The notes under the pieces: model-generated
What the model was told of the DNA's origin: nothing
The model's input: the letters and a program-made list of their open reading frames with translations, nothing else
Databases searched by the model: none
Source of the DNA: a virus
IMG/VR virus record: IMGVR_UViG_3300022602_004807
Coordinates: 3,753 to 67,752 of that record
Strand: one strand, 5' to 3'
Length of the DNA stretch: 64,000 nucleotides
In this document: positions 55,782 to 64,000 of the stretch, piece by piece
How positions within the stretch are numbered: position 1 is the first letter of the stretch
Layout: each line of letters starts with the position of its first letter
Made by a program: the position numbers and the translations under genes

Positions 55782-56120
55782 ATGAACATCGAAGTCGCAC
55801 ACACCTCAGAAACCCAGACCGCAGAGCAGCAGAAGCCCGCCCGCCGGCACCTGACCCGGCGCGAGGAATACGACATCACCGGCCTGCTCGAAGCCAAGAT
55901 CCTGTTCGACGAGGAAGGCAGGGCCACAGCCTACAAACCCGGCTACAGCGACTTGCAGATCGCGATTGAGAGCAAGATTCCCGACATCAGGGAGAGCCAC
56001 GTCTATCGGCTGCGCCTGGACGTGTTCGGCCACTTCCCCGCCCCACCCAAGTCCGACACCGTCGAGGGCCGGCTGGCGGCTTTGGAGGCCCGTGTGGCTG
56101 TGCTGGAGCGGCGGGAATGA
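55782..56120 (+). CDS. Hypothetical protein
   Basis: AAGGA RBS; YK.G.SD..IA..HV..LR...FG motif. Confidence 0.7.
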   Translation: MNIEVAHTSETQTAEQQKPARRHLTRREEYDITGLLEAKILFDEEGRATAYKPGYSDLQIAIESKIPDIRESHVYRLRLDVFGHFPAPPKSDTVEGRLAALEARVAVLERRE

Positions 56121-56317
56121 GCCCGTTCACCTATGCCGATCTGGCCCGCTGCGCTCAACGCGAAGTGGGCCAGCGCAAGAAGGTCTATCCGCGCCTGATC
56201 GCCGGGCAGCGGATGACCCAGCAGATGGCTGATCGAGAGACGGCCATGATGGAAGAGATCGCGCGTCGGCTGAAGGAAATGGCTGACGTCGAGGACAAGG
56301 CCGGGAGACTCCTGTGA
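56117..56317 (+). CDS. Hypothetical protein
   Basis: CA.RE...R..VYPR....RM....A.RE.A.M motif. Confidence 0.75.
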   Translation: MSPFTYADLARCAQREVGQRKKVYPRLIAGQRMTQQMADRETAMMEEIARRLKEMADVEDKAGRLL

Positions 56318-56937
56318 CTGCGCACCCCTACCCTCTCGCCTGGCCGCACGGGCGCCCACGACGCGCCCCGAACCAGCGCAAGAACGGGCAGTTCTATGCA
56401 AGCGACCGTAGCGGCGACTATCCGCGCAAGAGAGACCTGACGGTGGCCGATGCGCTTGTGCGTGTGGAAGACAGCTTGCAGCGGATTGGCGCGCGGTGGG
56501 TGGTTATCAGCACGAATATAGAGCCGCGCCTCGACGGCCGTCCGCGCTCCGGCACGGTGCAGCCGAGCGACCCTGCCGTGGCCATCTACTTCGATTTGAA
56601 GGGCAAGCAGCACTGCCTGCCCTGCGACACCTACAAGACCGTGCAGGACAACCTTGCTGCAGTTGCAGCACACATCGAGGCCACACGCGCCATTGAGCGT
56701 CATGGGGTGGCGTCAGTTTCCGAGATGTTCAGCGGATTCGCAGCCCTGCCCCCACCAGAGAAGCCGCCGATGAAGTGGTGGGAGGTCCTTGGTGTTCCGG
56801 CCAATGCGCCCGCGTGGATGATCGAGGCGGCCTACAAGCATGAGGCAAAACTGCGCCATCCGGATGCAGGCGGATCCGCAGAAGCCATGGCCGAGCTCAA
56901 CGCGGCTCGAGATGCCGCAAACAAGGAGCGCGCGTGA
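56314..56937 (+). CDS. J-domain-containing protein
   Basis: YPL.WP N-terminus; WWEVLGV..AYK......HPD.GGS...M..LNAA C-terminal J domain. Confidence 0.85.
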   Translation: MTAHPYPLAWPHGRPRRAPNQRKNGQFYASDRSGDYPRKRDLTVADALVRVEDSLQRIGARWVVISTNIEPRLDGRPRSGTVQPSDPAVAIYFDLKGKQHCLPCDTYKTVQDNLAAVAAHIEATRAIERHGVASVSEMFSGFAALPPPEKPPMKWWEVLGVPANAPAWMIEAAYKHEAKLRHPDAGGSAEAMAELNAARDAANKERA

Positions 56938-57107
56938 TGGCCAAGAAGGAATTTGTCGACCCGTTCCCGAACCTCCCGCGCGGCGGGAACCTGATGCGGC
57001 GGGCCGAGCAAGCTCCCGCGCAGGAGCGGATCGAGAAGGCCAAGGCTGCCCTGGCCGCGCCGAAGCCGAAGAAGGCGAAGCGGTCGAAGGAGAAGGTCGA
57101 TGACTGA
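56937..57107 (+). CDS. Small basic protein
   Basis: 56 aa MAKKEFVDPFPNLPRGG..., AAGGAG RBS; below ORF-track cutoff. Confidence 0.55.
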   Translation: MAKKEFVDPFPNLPRGGNLMRRAEQAPAQERIEKAKAALAAPKPKKAKRSKEKVDD

Positions 57108-57414
57108 GCGGACAACCGAGCAGATGGTGGTGCAGGCGAAGTTCCTCGCACTTCTGCCTGAGAGCGCTCATGCCGAATATGCGCAGGCCATCCAGAAGTT
57201 TGGGGCCGAGGCAGCCGAGCGCCTTGCACGGCAGGAGCGCCGCATCTCCGAGCTTCTCCAGTCGAACAACGAGCTGCTGGAGCGGGCACGATCTGCTGAG
57301 CGTCAGGGTGAGACAGTCACACTGATCAACAGAGGGCTGATCCGGTTGATCAAGCAGATCGCGGTCAATCTCGAAACCACCAGTTCACCAAGCCACGAAG
57401 GAGCACACCCATGA
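57100..57414 (+). CDS. Hypothetical protein
   Basis: RISELL.SNN..LERAR.AE motif. Confidence 0.7.
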   Translation: MTERTTEQMVVQAKFLALLPESAHAEYAQAIQKFGAEAAERLARQERRISELLQSNNELLERARSAERQGETVTLINRGLIRLIKQIAVNLETTSSPSHEGAHP

Positions 57415-57851
57415 ATTACTCGACAGCCATCTTCCTTGTCCGCCGCGATGTGCGTGCGGTCCTGTGCATCTATGAGCCCGACACGGACGCGAAGAAGTCG
57501 CAGCGGTATCTATTCAAGACCATGGACCCGACGATCAAGGTCGACGACCTGGTCATGGTCCCCAGCGACGCCAAGTTCGGCTTTAGCGTGAACAAGGTCG
57601 TCGAGGTCGACGTGCCCGTGGACTTCGAGAGCAGCACCCAGATCAAGTGGATCGCCGGGCGCTTCGACAAGTCCGCCTATGATGCCGTCACTTCGACCGA
57701 GGCCAACGTGATCAGCACGATCCGGTCGGCGCAGGAGCGCAAGAAGCGCGAGGAGCTGGCCGAGGCCCTGCTCAAGGACAACCCTGAGCTGGACTCGTTC
57801 AAGACCATGCAGATCACCGGCACCGTGATTGACGCGGCGTCCACCACCTGA
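57411..57851 (+). CDS. Hypothetical protein
   Basis: 146 aa; preceded by GCCACGAAGGAG (degenerate leader). Confidence 0.8.
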   Translation: MNYSTAIFLVRRDVRAVLCIYEPDTDAKKSQRYLFKTMDPTIKVDDLVMVPSDAKFGFSVNKVVEVDVPVDFESSTQIKWIAGRFDKSAYDAVTSTEANVISTIRSAQERKKREELAEALLKDNPELDSFKTMQITGTVIDAASTT

Positions 57852-57906
57852 GTTTCACGAACCGAGTTCCGGGGCCCACCTCCACGTCCCTCCCCCCGGA
57901 GCTGCG

Positions 57907-57935
57907 GCATGAAAACCCTTCGGTTTTCATGCTTT
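57907..57935 (+). terminator. Terminator-like hairpin
   Basis: GCATGAAAACC-CTTC-GGTTTTCATGC-TTT. Confidence 0.7.
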
Positions 57936-58197
57936 CTGTAAGATCTGACGATCTTCCAGAAACCCTGAAAACGCCCCAGCCTGGAGGGATGGAAAGGCCG
58001 GACGGCTGGGGCGTTGACGGGTCTTCTATCGAAAGCAGCACCATGGCGTCTTGCATCAGATGCGGGAAAGCAAAGCTGAAAAGCGACCGGCATGGACGTC
58101 GGAAATGCAAGCGCTGTGGGGTCATGCCCAGCGCCAAGTTTATGGATCGAGGCGGCAACCCGCAGCCGCCACCCATCACATGCGAGGAGGTTGCAGC

Positions 58198-58473
58198 ATG
58201 AACAGCAAAATGCCGATGAAGAAGATCGTGCCATCAGCGAAGCACGAAGCTGTCCGCGATGCCGTTCTCGCCCTGATCCGCGAGAAGATGGCCGATGCGC
58301 CTGCGGTCGAGATTCTCGCGATCCTGTCCTACACGGTCGGCCAGCTCATTGCCCTGCAGGACCAGCGGAAGATGACGGCGGACATGGCCATGCAGCTGGT
58401 CATCACCAACATCGAGGCAGGCAACCTATCCGTCCTTGAAGGACTAGCGAAAGAGTCGGGAGGATCAGCATGA
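58198..58473 (+). CDS. Hypothetical protein
   Basis: GAGGAGG RBS; VGQLIALQDQR..T...NIE.GN motif. Confidence 0.75.
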   Translation: MNSKMPMKKIVPSAKHEAVRDAVLALIREKMADAPAVEILAILSYTVGQLIALQDQRKMTADMAMQLVITNIEAGNLSVLEGLAKESGGSA

Positions 58474-58784
58474 CCCGCACCATCACCGACCTCCTCGCGC
58501 TGCGGGAGGGGATTACGCGACAGGAAACCTTTACAGAGGATTATCCGAAAATCATTAGCTGGTCGTACAAATCGGCAGATGAACAGCCGTACATTGACTG
58601 TGTCGCCGCCCTCCCAGAGCTTTTCGACGCGATGGAGAGGATGAGGGATGCGCTGAAGCCATTCGCGGATTTCAACACAGAAGATTTTCCAGACAGTATG
58701 CGAGCATTTGAAGATGACCCAACTTTAACAATGGGTCATTTCCGACGAGCCCGCGCAGCACTAGCGAATAGGAGTGAGGGATGA
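58470..58784 (+). CDS. Hypothetical protein
   Basis: ALKPFAD...T.GHFRRARAAL motif; AT-richer. Confidence 0.7.
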   Translation: MTRTITDLLALREGITRQETFTEDYPKIISWSYKSADEQPYIDCVAALPELFDAMERMRDALKPFADFNTEDFPDSMRAFEDDPTLTMGHFRRARAALANRSEG

Positions 58785-60199
58785 GTGATCTGGTAATTCG
58801 ACTCCGTTCTACAGGATGTCCGTTAGATGATGATGCTGCCGACCGCATTGAAGAGTTGGAAAATGCACTAAAACGCCATATTGAAGAATACATTCCACAT
58901 ATGATGGAACAAGATGACAAGATTAAATCTGCCGAAGCCCGCGTGAAGGAGTTGGAGGCTGTAGTGCGCGGGATTCACGGCCTTGCTGCCGCCCAAGATG
59001 AAGGGCATGTCGGCCATTCGATCTTCGGCACCATTGTGAGCATTTGCGAGGCCGCCCTCGCCAGCGGGGAGGGGAAGGGAGCTGAACAGAAAATTTCAGC
59101 ACAAGACAAGCGTCCAACCGTGCAGCTGTCCGCCGATCAGGTCACTGCCGCCGTGAAGGTTCTGAGGCAGTCTATGGCTTGCCGGAGCGACATTCATCCT
59201 CGCACACAAGACGACCTGATCGAACGCTTCCGTGAGGCGGCTGTTGAGCTAGTAGCGCTCCCCGCGCTGACGGAACGGAACATCTCGGCACTCAGTTGGC
59301 AGCCAATGGATACCGCCCCGCTCGACGGGACGGACATTCTCATACTTATCCCGCAAAACGAAAAAACCCATCTTGAGCGGGCTCGCGTACAGATTGCACG
59401 TTGGCGCAAAGGTTACGGCTTTAGGCACACCAACGGTTATCGCTGGACAAGTTACCCATCTGAGTTTGACAGCGAAGACCTGCTCGGGTGGCAACCGTTG
59501 CCTTCTATAGATGCGTCAGTACCAGAACACGCCGCCCTCGCCAGCGGGGAGGGGAAGCAATTTGCAGAAAATGCAAAGTGCTCTGCACCCGAAACGACTG
59601 ACGAGCCGTTGTCAGAACGAGCCATGCCGAAACCGACTGTCCTCACTGCTGCGCGTGTCAAAGAATGGGCGGATGAGCCCGCTGTCAAAGCAGCCGTGAA
59701 GCTTCCGAACACAGCGCCAGTGCCGTCAGAAAACATGCCGTCACCCGATACTTGCCTAACGCAGCACCACATAACGACGGATGAACTTGCCGCGATCAAT
59801 AAGCACTGGCAGCAGCGCGCCATCGACGCCGAGGAAATGCTGCGAGAGGTCGAGACTGGCCTTGCCTACGAGGTTGGCGAGACGGGTTGCACCTTCCCCA
59901 GGGTCGGGACGAAGAAGCTCCTAGATCGCGTTCGCGCAGTGCTTAAGGGCGCAGTGCCGGCACAAAAAATACTAGACCCCTCTGTGGTGAGCTGGGCCTT
60001 CGAGCGATGGAACGCGGAAGTAGCCAATCGCCCGCTACAGAACATCCACCGCCGCACTTTGGACGATACTTGGCGTCAGGTCATGCGCCGCTTCGGCGGC
60101 GACCCCGTAGCCTTGTGCGGCCCCGCGCATGATGACCTTTTGGCATCGCCCCTAGTGTCAGAACAGATCATGCCGTCACCGCAAAATGGGGAGGGCTGA
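58781..60199 (+). CDS. Mosaic multidomain protein (includes DUF551-like segment)
   Basis: MSDLV.RLR..AADRIEELE; WQPMDTAP.DGT...WQPLP; repeated linkers. Confidence 0.7.
   Translation: MSDLVIRLRSTGCPLDDDAADRIEELENALKRHIEEYIPHMMEQDDKIKSAEARVKELEAVVRGIHGLAAAQDEGHVGHSIFGTIVSICEAALASGEGKGAEQKISAQDKRPTVQLSADQVTAAVKVLRQSMACRSDIHPRTQDDLIERFREAAVELVALPALTERNISALSWQPMDTAPLDGTDILILIPQNEKTHLERARVQIARWRKGYGFRHTNGYRWTSYPSEFDSEDLLGWQPLPSIDASVPEHAALASGEGKQFAENAKCSAPETTDEPLSERAMPKPTVLTAARVKEWADEPAVKAAVKLPNTAPVPSENMPSPDTCLTQHHITTDELAAINKHWQQRAIDAEEMLREVETGLAYEVGETGCTFPRVGTKKLLDRVRAVLKGAVPAQKILDPSVVSWAFERWNAEVANRPLQNIHRRTLDDTWRQVMRRFGGDPVALCGPAHDDLLASPLVSEQIMPSPQNGEG
59051..59557 (+). repeat. 27-bp perfect direct repeat GCCGCCCTCGCCAGCGGGGAGGGGAAG (59051-59077, 59531-59557)
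   Basis: Read directly; both encode AALASGEGK. Confidence 0.9.
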
Positions 60200-60204
60200 C
60201 GCCC

Positions 60205-60504
60205 ATGCGCATCAACGTCTATAGCCAAGAACTAACCAGCGAAGTCATCACTGTTGAGAAGGAGAGCAACACGGGCCGCGTCTATCGCGCGGCTCAGTTG
60301 ATCCTGCACTCTTCCGACAAGCTGCATCATCCGCCGGAGGACGACGACCGCTCGGCAGTCACGTTCTGGTTTCCGAGGTCGGAGCACCGCAACCGCGACA
60401 TGGCCGATGCTTTTCGCCGGATCGCCGCTCTGTTCGATGCTGAGGCCGACCGCGCACGGGTTCCAGAACTCGGAGTGACGTCACCGGGAGGCGAGAATGA
60501 CTAG
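60205..60504 (+). CDS. Hypothetical protein
   Basis: MRINVYSQELT...DDDRSAVTFW. Confidence 0.75.
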   Translation: MRINVYSQELTSEVITVEKESNTGRVYRAAQLILHSSDKLHHPPEDDDRSAVTFWFPRSEHRNRDMADAFRRIAALFDAEADRARVPELGVTSPGGEND

Positions 60505-60757
60505 CCAGGTAAACCGCATCACTGACGAGCTGATGCCCATGGCAGAGGCCATTTCAGCCGCCGTCATGGCGAAGCCGGGAGCGCCATCTGAGAAGGCCGC
60601 GATCCTCGCCATCTTGGCCGCGCATTTTGTCGGCGGGTCTGCTGCCAATTTTGCCGAAGCAGCCAAGCACAAGGACGGCCCAGACATGGACATAGCGGGT
60701 TGGGCCGAAGAGGTTATGAAATACATCGTGAAGCTCTTAGCGAAGGAGCGTCATTGA
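60497..60757 (+). CDS. Hypothetical protein
   Basis: GGAGG RBS. Confidence 0.65.
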   Translation: MTSQVNRITDELMPMAEAISAAVMAKPGAPSEKAAILAILAAHFVGGSAANFAEAAKHKDGPDMDIAGWAEEVMKYIVKLLAKERH

Positions 60758-60791
60758 TGAAGATTTTAGAACCCGTAGCCCGCACACCCCC

Positions 60792-61010
60792 CACATCGAA
60801 GCAGGAGGGGAAGCCGTGAGCGACACCGACGACTTCGACTATGACGAGGACGAAGGCTGCCACAATTGCGGCGGCGAAGGTTACGTCGCGCATTGTTTTG
60901 AGGAATGGGCCTGCATGTACCCTGACGAAGGGTGCGATCTTTGTATGCGCCGTTGCGACTGGTGCAATGCGTTGAAAAAGCCTGCGCCACCCCACACATC
61001 GAAGCAGGAG
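60792..61010 (+). repeat. 16-bp direct repeat CACATCGAAGCAGGAG (60792-60807, 60995-61010)
   Basis: Read directly; contains RBS of next gene in both copies. Confidence 0.85.
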
Positions 61011-61025
61011 AAGGATGATGAGTGA
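60816..61025 (+). CDS. Small Cys-rich protein
   Basis: CHNCGGEG..C...C..CDLC..RCDWC. Confidence 0.7.
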   Translation: MSDTDDFDYDEDEGCHNCGGEGYVAHCFEEWACMYPDEGCDLCMRRCDWCNALKKPAPPHTSKQEKDDE

Positions 61026-61290
61026 GATCAAGCCGCTCCAGTGGCTGAGAAAGGACCCTCCGGGTCAATGGGGCCTCGAAGACGAAGACGATGCAGGAGA
61101 CATCTTTGCCATGAGCGTCGGAGGATGCTTCCGGATCACGAAAGATGCGCTGCTGTGGTTTGCAGAAGACCCCTTTCGTTGGAAGCAGTTCAAGACCGTG
61201 GCCGAGGCCAAAGGCTTCGCGCAGTCCGAGCATGAGCGGCTGGTTCGCGCGCTCTTAGTGACGCCGGCATCGGAGGCCTCGCATGGGTGA
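61015..61290 (+). CDS. Hypothetical protein
   Basis: IKPL.W...EAK..AQ..HE..VR.LL motif. Confidence 0.7.
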   Translation: MMSEIKPLQWLRKDPPGQWGLEDEDDAGDIFAMSVGGCFRITKDALLWFAEDPFRWKQFKTVAEAKGFAQSEHERLVRALLVTPASEASHG

Positions 61291-61744
61291 GGCTCAGCGT
61301 CGCAAATTGGCAGCCTATTCCGGGAAAGGGCCTCTGCCTGGCGGTCCCTCTCGCTGCCCGCGTTGCTATGGTTTGAGGGTGCGCACCTTCGACACGCCCG
61401 AGTCGATGAAGTTTTACGGTCGCAAAGTGACAATCTGCGCGGACTGCACATGCGCATGGCAACCACTCGATGAGTCTCTGATCTGGGATCCGACCGATCC
61501 TGTTTGCTCAATGAAGGAGCCCTGCGATGACTGCGCGTTCCGTCCCGGCTCGCCGGAGCAACAGAACACGGTCGAGTGGAAGAAGCTCATCGACAGTCTG
61601 AAGGCGGGCGGCACCTTCTATTGCCACAAGGGCGTGCCTATCACGCCGGAGTCCGAGCATGGGTTCGCCTATCCGGGAGACCGGCGCGATCTGCGGATTT
61701 GCCGAGGCTATCTGAACGCGCTCGGAAAATGGTGGGGCCTATGA
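61283..61744 (+). CDS. Cys-rich hypothetical protein
   Basis: MGEA.RRK; CPRC, CADC, PCDDCAFRPGSPE, FYCHKG, ICRG. Confidence 0.75.
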   Translation: MGEAQRRKLAAYSGKGPLPGGPSRCPRCYGLRVRTFDTPESMKFYGRKVTICADCTCAWQPLDESLIWDPTDPVCSMKEPCDDCAFRPGSPEQQNTVEWKKLIDSLKAGGTFYCHKGVPITPESEHGFAYPGDRRDLRICRGYLNALGKWWGL

Positions 61745-62241
61745 CCCGCCGCGCCGCAGACATGAATCTCGTTCAACAAGCCGCCGAGTTCGCGGCATGT
61801 CATCATCGGCACCAGCTTTACGGAAATCTGCCTTACATCGTCCACCTGTGCGACGTGGTTTGGACGCTGGTCGAGTTCGGGCATGACAATCAGGCGATGC
61901 TTGCGGCGGGGTTCCTGCATGATGTCGTCGAAGATTGCGACATATCCATTGATAGGATCGAATCTCTATTTGGTGTCCGCGTTGCCGTCCGGGTCGAGGC
62001 CGTGACAGGCATCGGCAAGAACCGCGCCGAGCGCAAGGCGTCGATGATTGCGAGCCTTCAGGCGTATTCACCCGCCGTGCCCCTCAAGATGGCCGACAGG
62101 CTTTCGAACATCCGCGCCAGCGTCCGCGACAACCCGAGCAAACTCGAAATGTATCGAGCCGAAGCCGCCGACTACGCCGAATTGTTCGAAGCCGCCGATC
62201 CCGAGATGCACAAGGCGATAAAGGAGGCGCTTGGAAAATGA
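61741..62241 (+). CDS. HD-domain small alarmone hydrolase-like (SpoT/Mesh1-type)
   Basis: H..Q....PYIVH, A..LHDVVED, FG.RVA..V..VT, K.ADRLSN motifs. Confidence 0.85.
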   Translation: MTRRAADMNLVQQAAEFAACHHRHQLYGNLPYIVHLCDVVWTLVEFGHDNQAMLAAGFLHDVVEDCDISIDRIESLFGVRVAVRVEAVTGIGKNRAERKASMIASLQAYSPAVPLKMADRLSNIRASVRDNPSKLEMYRAEAADYAELFEAADPEMHKAIKEALGK

Positions 62242-62336
62242 CTAGACGTGCCGCCCGCTTCACTCAGGCAGAGCTTGATCGCGCCATCAAGGGCGCGAAG
62301 AAGGCGGGCTTTTTAAGGGATGATTGTAATGGGTAA
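62238..62336 (+). pseudogene. Truncated small integrase-associated gene
   Basis: MTRRAARFTQAELDRAIKGAKKAG then stop after 32 aa where AT-rich gene begins. Confidence 0.5.
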
Positions 62337-62694
62337 GTTCCGACCTGTGACCTTCACCGAAAATGGTGCGACCGTGACGACGATGGTTGAACATTTCGGT
62401 TTTGCCGAAGCCCACAGCAGAGGGTTAGGAATTCTATATTTCATCGAATGCGCTGGGCTAATCAAAATAGGATTCAGCAAAAGATCGCTTGTTCAGAGAT
62501 TGAAGGATTTCAAAACAGGAAACCCGTCTAAAATTACGCTTTGCCTTTTTCAATGGGGCACAATGGACGACGAAAAGGACTTACACAAAACCTTTGCGTC
62601 GGATCGCGTCCATGGCGAGTGGTTTCGTCCGTCTAACGAACTCAAACAATACATTTTAGACTGGGGTGGTTTTCTGCCGGATGGATTGGCATGA
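62320..62694 (+). CDS. GIY-YIG (T5orf172/MUG113-like) protein
   Basis: LYFI....IKIGFS...RL....TGNP...EK.LH..F...R..GEWF. Confidence 0.85.
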   Translation: MIVMGKFRPVTFTENGATVTTMVEHFGFAEAHSRGLGILYFIECAGLIKIGFSKRSLVQRLKDFKTGNPSKITLCLFQWGTMDDEKDLHKTFASDRVHGEWFRPSNELKQYILDWGGFLPDGLA

Positions 62695-63113
62695 CGCAAA
62701 TCTCAATCAACCCCTCAGACCGTGACCGCCCAGTGCGCCTGTCCGAAGCCGCTGCCCTATATGGCCTGCGCGCGTCAAGCCTGCGGCGTGAGGCAGATCG
62801 GGGCAGGTTGACCATTTGGCGCGTGGCAGGAAAACTTTGGACCACAATTGCCGAAGTCGAGAGGATGTTTCAGCAATGCCCCGTCACGCCCAAGGCGCCC
62901 GCCTGTGGCTCCGGCCAGCCGCGCGAGACGATGCCGGCAGGATCGTCGAATCCGCCCGATGGGTCATCAAAGACGGAGGACGCCGAATTAGCACTGGCTG
63001 CGGCCAAGCAGACCGCGCGCAAGCTGAAAGAAAGCTCGCGGAGCACATCGCAAGCAAATACGCGCCAGCGCGTCGGGAACGTGATCTCTCTGAAATCCGC
63101 GTCGCGGACGTAA
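62691..63113 (+). CDS. Excisionase-like HTH protein overlapping integrase
   Basis: LSEAA......SLRREA.RGRL...RVAGK..TT...V..M...C. Confidence 0.75.
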   Translation: MTQISINPSDRDRPVRLSEAAALYGLRASSLRREADRGRLTIWRVAGKLWTTIAEVERMFQQCPVTPKAPACGSGQPRETMPAGSSNPPDGSSKTEDAELALAAAKQTARKLKESSRSTSQANTRQRVGNVISLKSASRT

Positions 63114-64000
63114 TCAATATCTACCTAGAAGACGTTGTCCCAGGACAGGCGCAGCCAGATAAGGGCGCCGAGCGGGCCGAAAGGTTGTTGGACTTCTTCG
63201 GACGGCTCACCCTTGATCAGATCACCGGTGCCATGTGCCGCAAATACATGGCCGAGCGTGAGGGTAAGGGGAAATCGAACAAGGGCACCGGGGGAGGTGC
63301 CAAGCGCGACCTTGAGGACCTTCGGGCCGCTATCAACCACCATGCCAAGGAAGGGCTGCACCGGGGCCTTGTGCGCGTCGTGCTGCCTGAGAAGGGAAAG
63401 CCGCGGCAACGATGGATGACCCGTGCCGAGGCAGCTAGGCTTCTGTGGGCCTGCTGGAAGACGCAAGAGGTACAGGAGGGGGAGAAGACCGAAAAACGGC
63501 CACTGCGGCACCTGTGCCGGTTCCTGCTTGTGGCGCTCTATACCGGATCACGCCCTGGAGCCGTGTTGTCAGCGGCATGGGACCGAGGGCCGGGCCGGTC
63601 GTGGATGGACCTTGAGAAAGAGACCTTCCACCGGCTCAAGGAAGGAGCTCGGGAGACCGACAAGCGCCAGCCGCCCGTCAGGCTCGCCCCTAGGCTGCTG
63701 GCCCATCTGAGGCGATGGAAGGCGCTGGACGGCGATCGAGGCTATGTCGTGACCTTCCGGGGCCAGCCGATCGAGAGCATGAAGGTTGCCATGAAGCGGG
63801 CCAGCACGCTTGCCGGGATCGAGCCTGTGACCGCCTATGCCTGCCGGCACACTGCGGCGACGTGGCTGGTCAGCAAGGGCCTGTCATTCTCTGAGGCCGC
63901 CCGATTCCTTGGCACGTCCGAGACCATGATCGAGAAGCACTACGCCCACTTTGCGCCCGACTATCTGGCGAGGGCTGCAAATGAGATCGGCAGGAAGTGA
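62876..64000 (+). CDS. int: Tyrosine integrase
   Basis: LYTGSR, K, Y.CRHT.ATW, LG.S..M....Y.H catalytic motifs; likely start MPRHAQGARLW. Confidence 0.93.
   Translation: MPRHAQGARLWLRPAARDDAGRIVESARWVIKDGGRRISTGCGQADRAQAERKLAEHIASKYAPARRERDLSEIRVADVINIYLEDVVPGQAQPDKGAERAERLLDFFGRLTLDQITGAMCRKYMAEREGKGKSNKGTGGGAKRDLEDLRAAINHHAKEGLHRGLVRVVLPEKGKPRQRWMTRAEAARLLWACWKTQEVQEGEKTEKRPLRHLCRFLLVALYTGSRPGAVLSAAWDRGPGRSWMDLEKETFHRLKEGARETDKRQPPVRLAPRLLAHLRRWKALDGDRGYVVTFRGQPIESMKVAMKRASTLAGIEPVTAYACRHTAATWLVSKGLSFSEAARFLGTSETMIEKHYAHFAPDYLARAANEIGRK

Larger units (their letters stand above)
1..64000. mobile_element. Temperate myovirus-like phage/prophage (near-complete; left end truncated)
   Basis: Continuous phage gene content from tail fibres to integrase; sheath, baseplate, terminase, CI/Cro switch, RecE/RecT, tyrosine integrase; no host housekeeping genes seen. 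Confidence 0.96.

Noticed and set aside
62300-62340. Frameshift fusing the 32-aa ORF to the GIY-YIG gene at CTTTTTAA
   Set aside because: The target (+1) frame has a TAA immediately at that site
63900-64000. attachment site
   Set aside because: Window ends at the integrase stop; no flanking sequence or second copy available

Overview
The whole window is one temperate, contractile-tailed (myovirus-type) phage or prophage. The host is most likely an alphaproteobacterium (GcrA-, GapR- and DUF6362-like genes; high-GC codon usage). Layout: 1-27.8 kb (-) is the virion morphogenesis operon (tail fibres, baseplate, tape measure, tube, DUF3383 sheath, neck, DUF2184 capsid, DUF2213 protease, portal, terminase; Bcep781/Aaphi23-like gene order). 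28.3-31.6 kb (-) is a ParB-ParB-IbrA-IbrB-methyltransferase cluster in front of terS. 31.7-43.1 kb (mostly +) is an accessory/early island built from repeated promoter-operator-leader modules. 43.4-49.7 kb (-) is replication/middle genes. 49.3-50.9 kb is the immunity region. 51-64 kb (+) holds recombination genes, small accessory genes and the integrase, whose stop codon is the last codon of the window. No lysis genes, tRNA, CRISPR array or att site could be identified. Most notable observations: (1) about ten early genes carry an RBS-proximal hairpin with an invariant UGCCAC loop. Two non-coding hairpins display the exact complement GUGGCA, one at the end of a ~340-nt structured region just downstream of the repressor gene. 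This is a candidate phage-wide antisense-RNA control layer on top of dispersed TCGGA-N4-TCCGA operators and an apparently non-cleavable repressor. (2) One ~65-aa Gly/Thr-rich module is inserted 6-7 times, partly nested, into four different virion proteins. (3) There is a packaging-linked putative DNA-modification operon. All family names come from motif recognition by eye, not from database searches.
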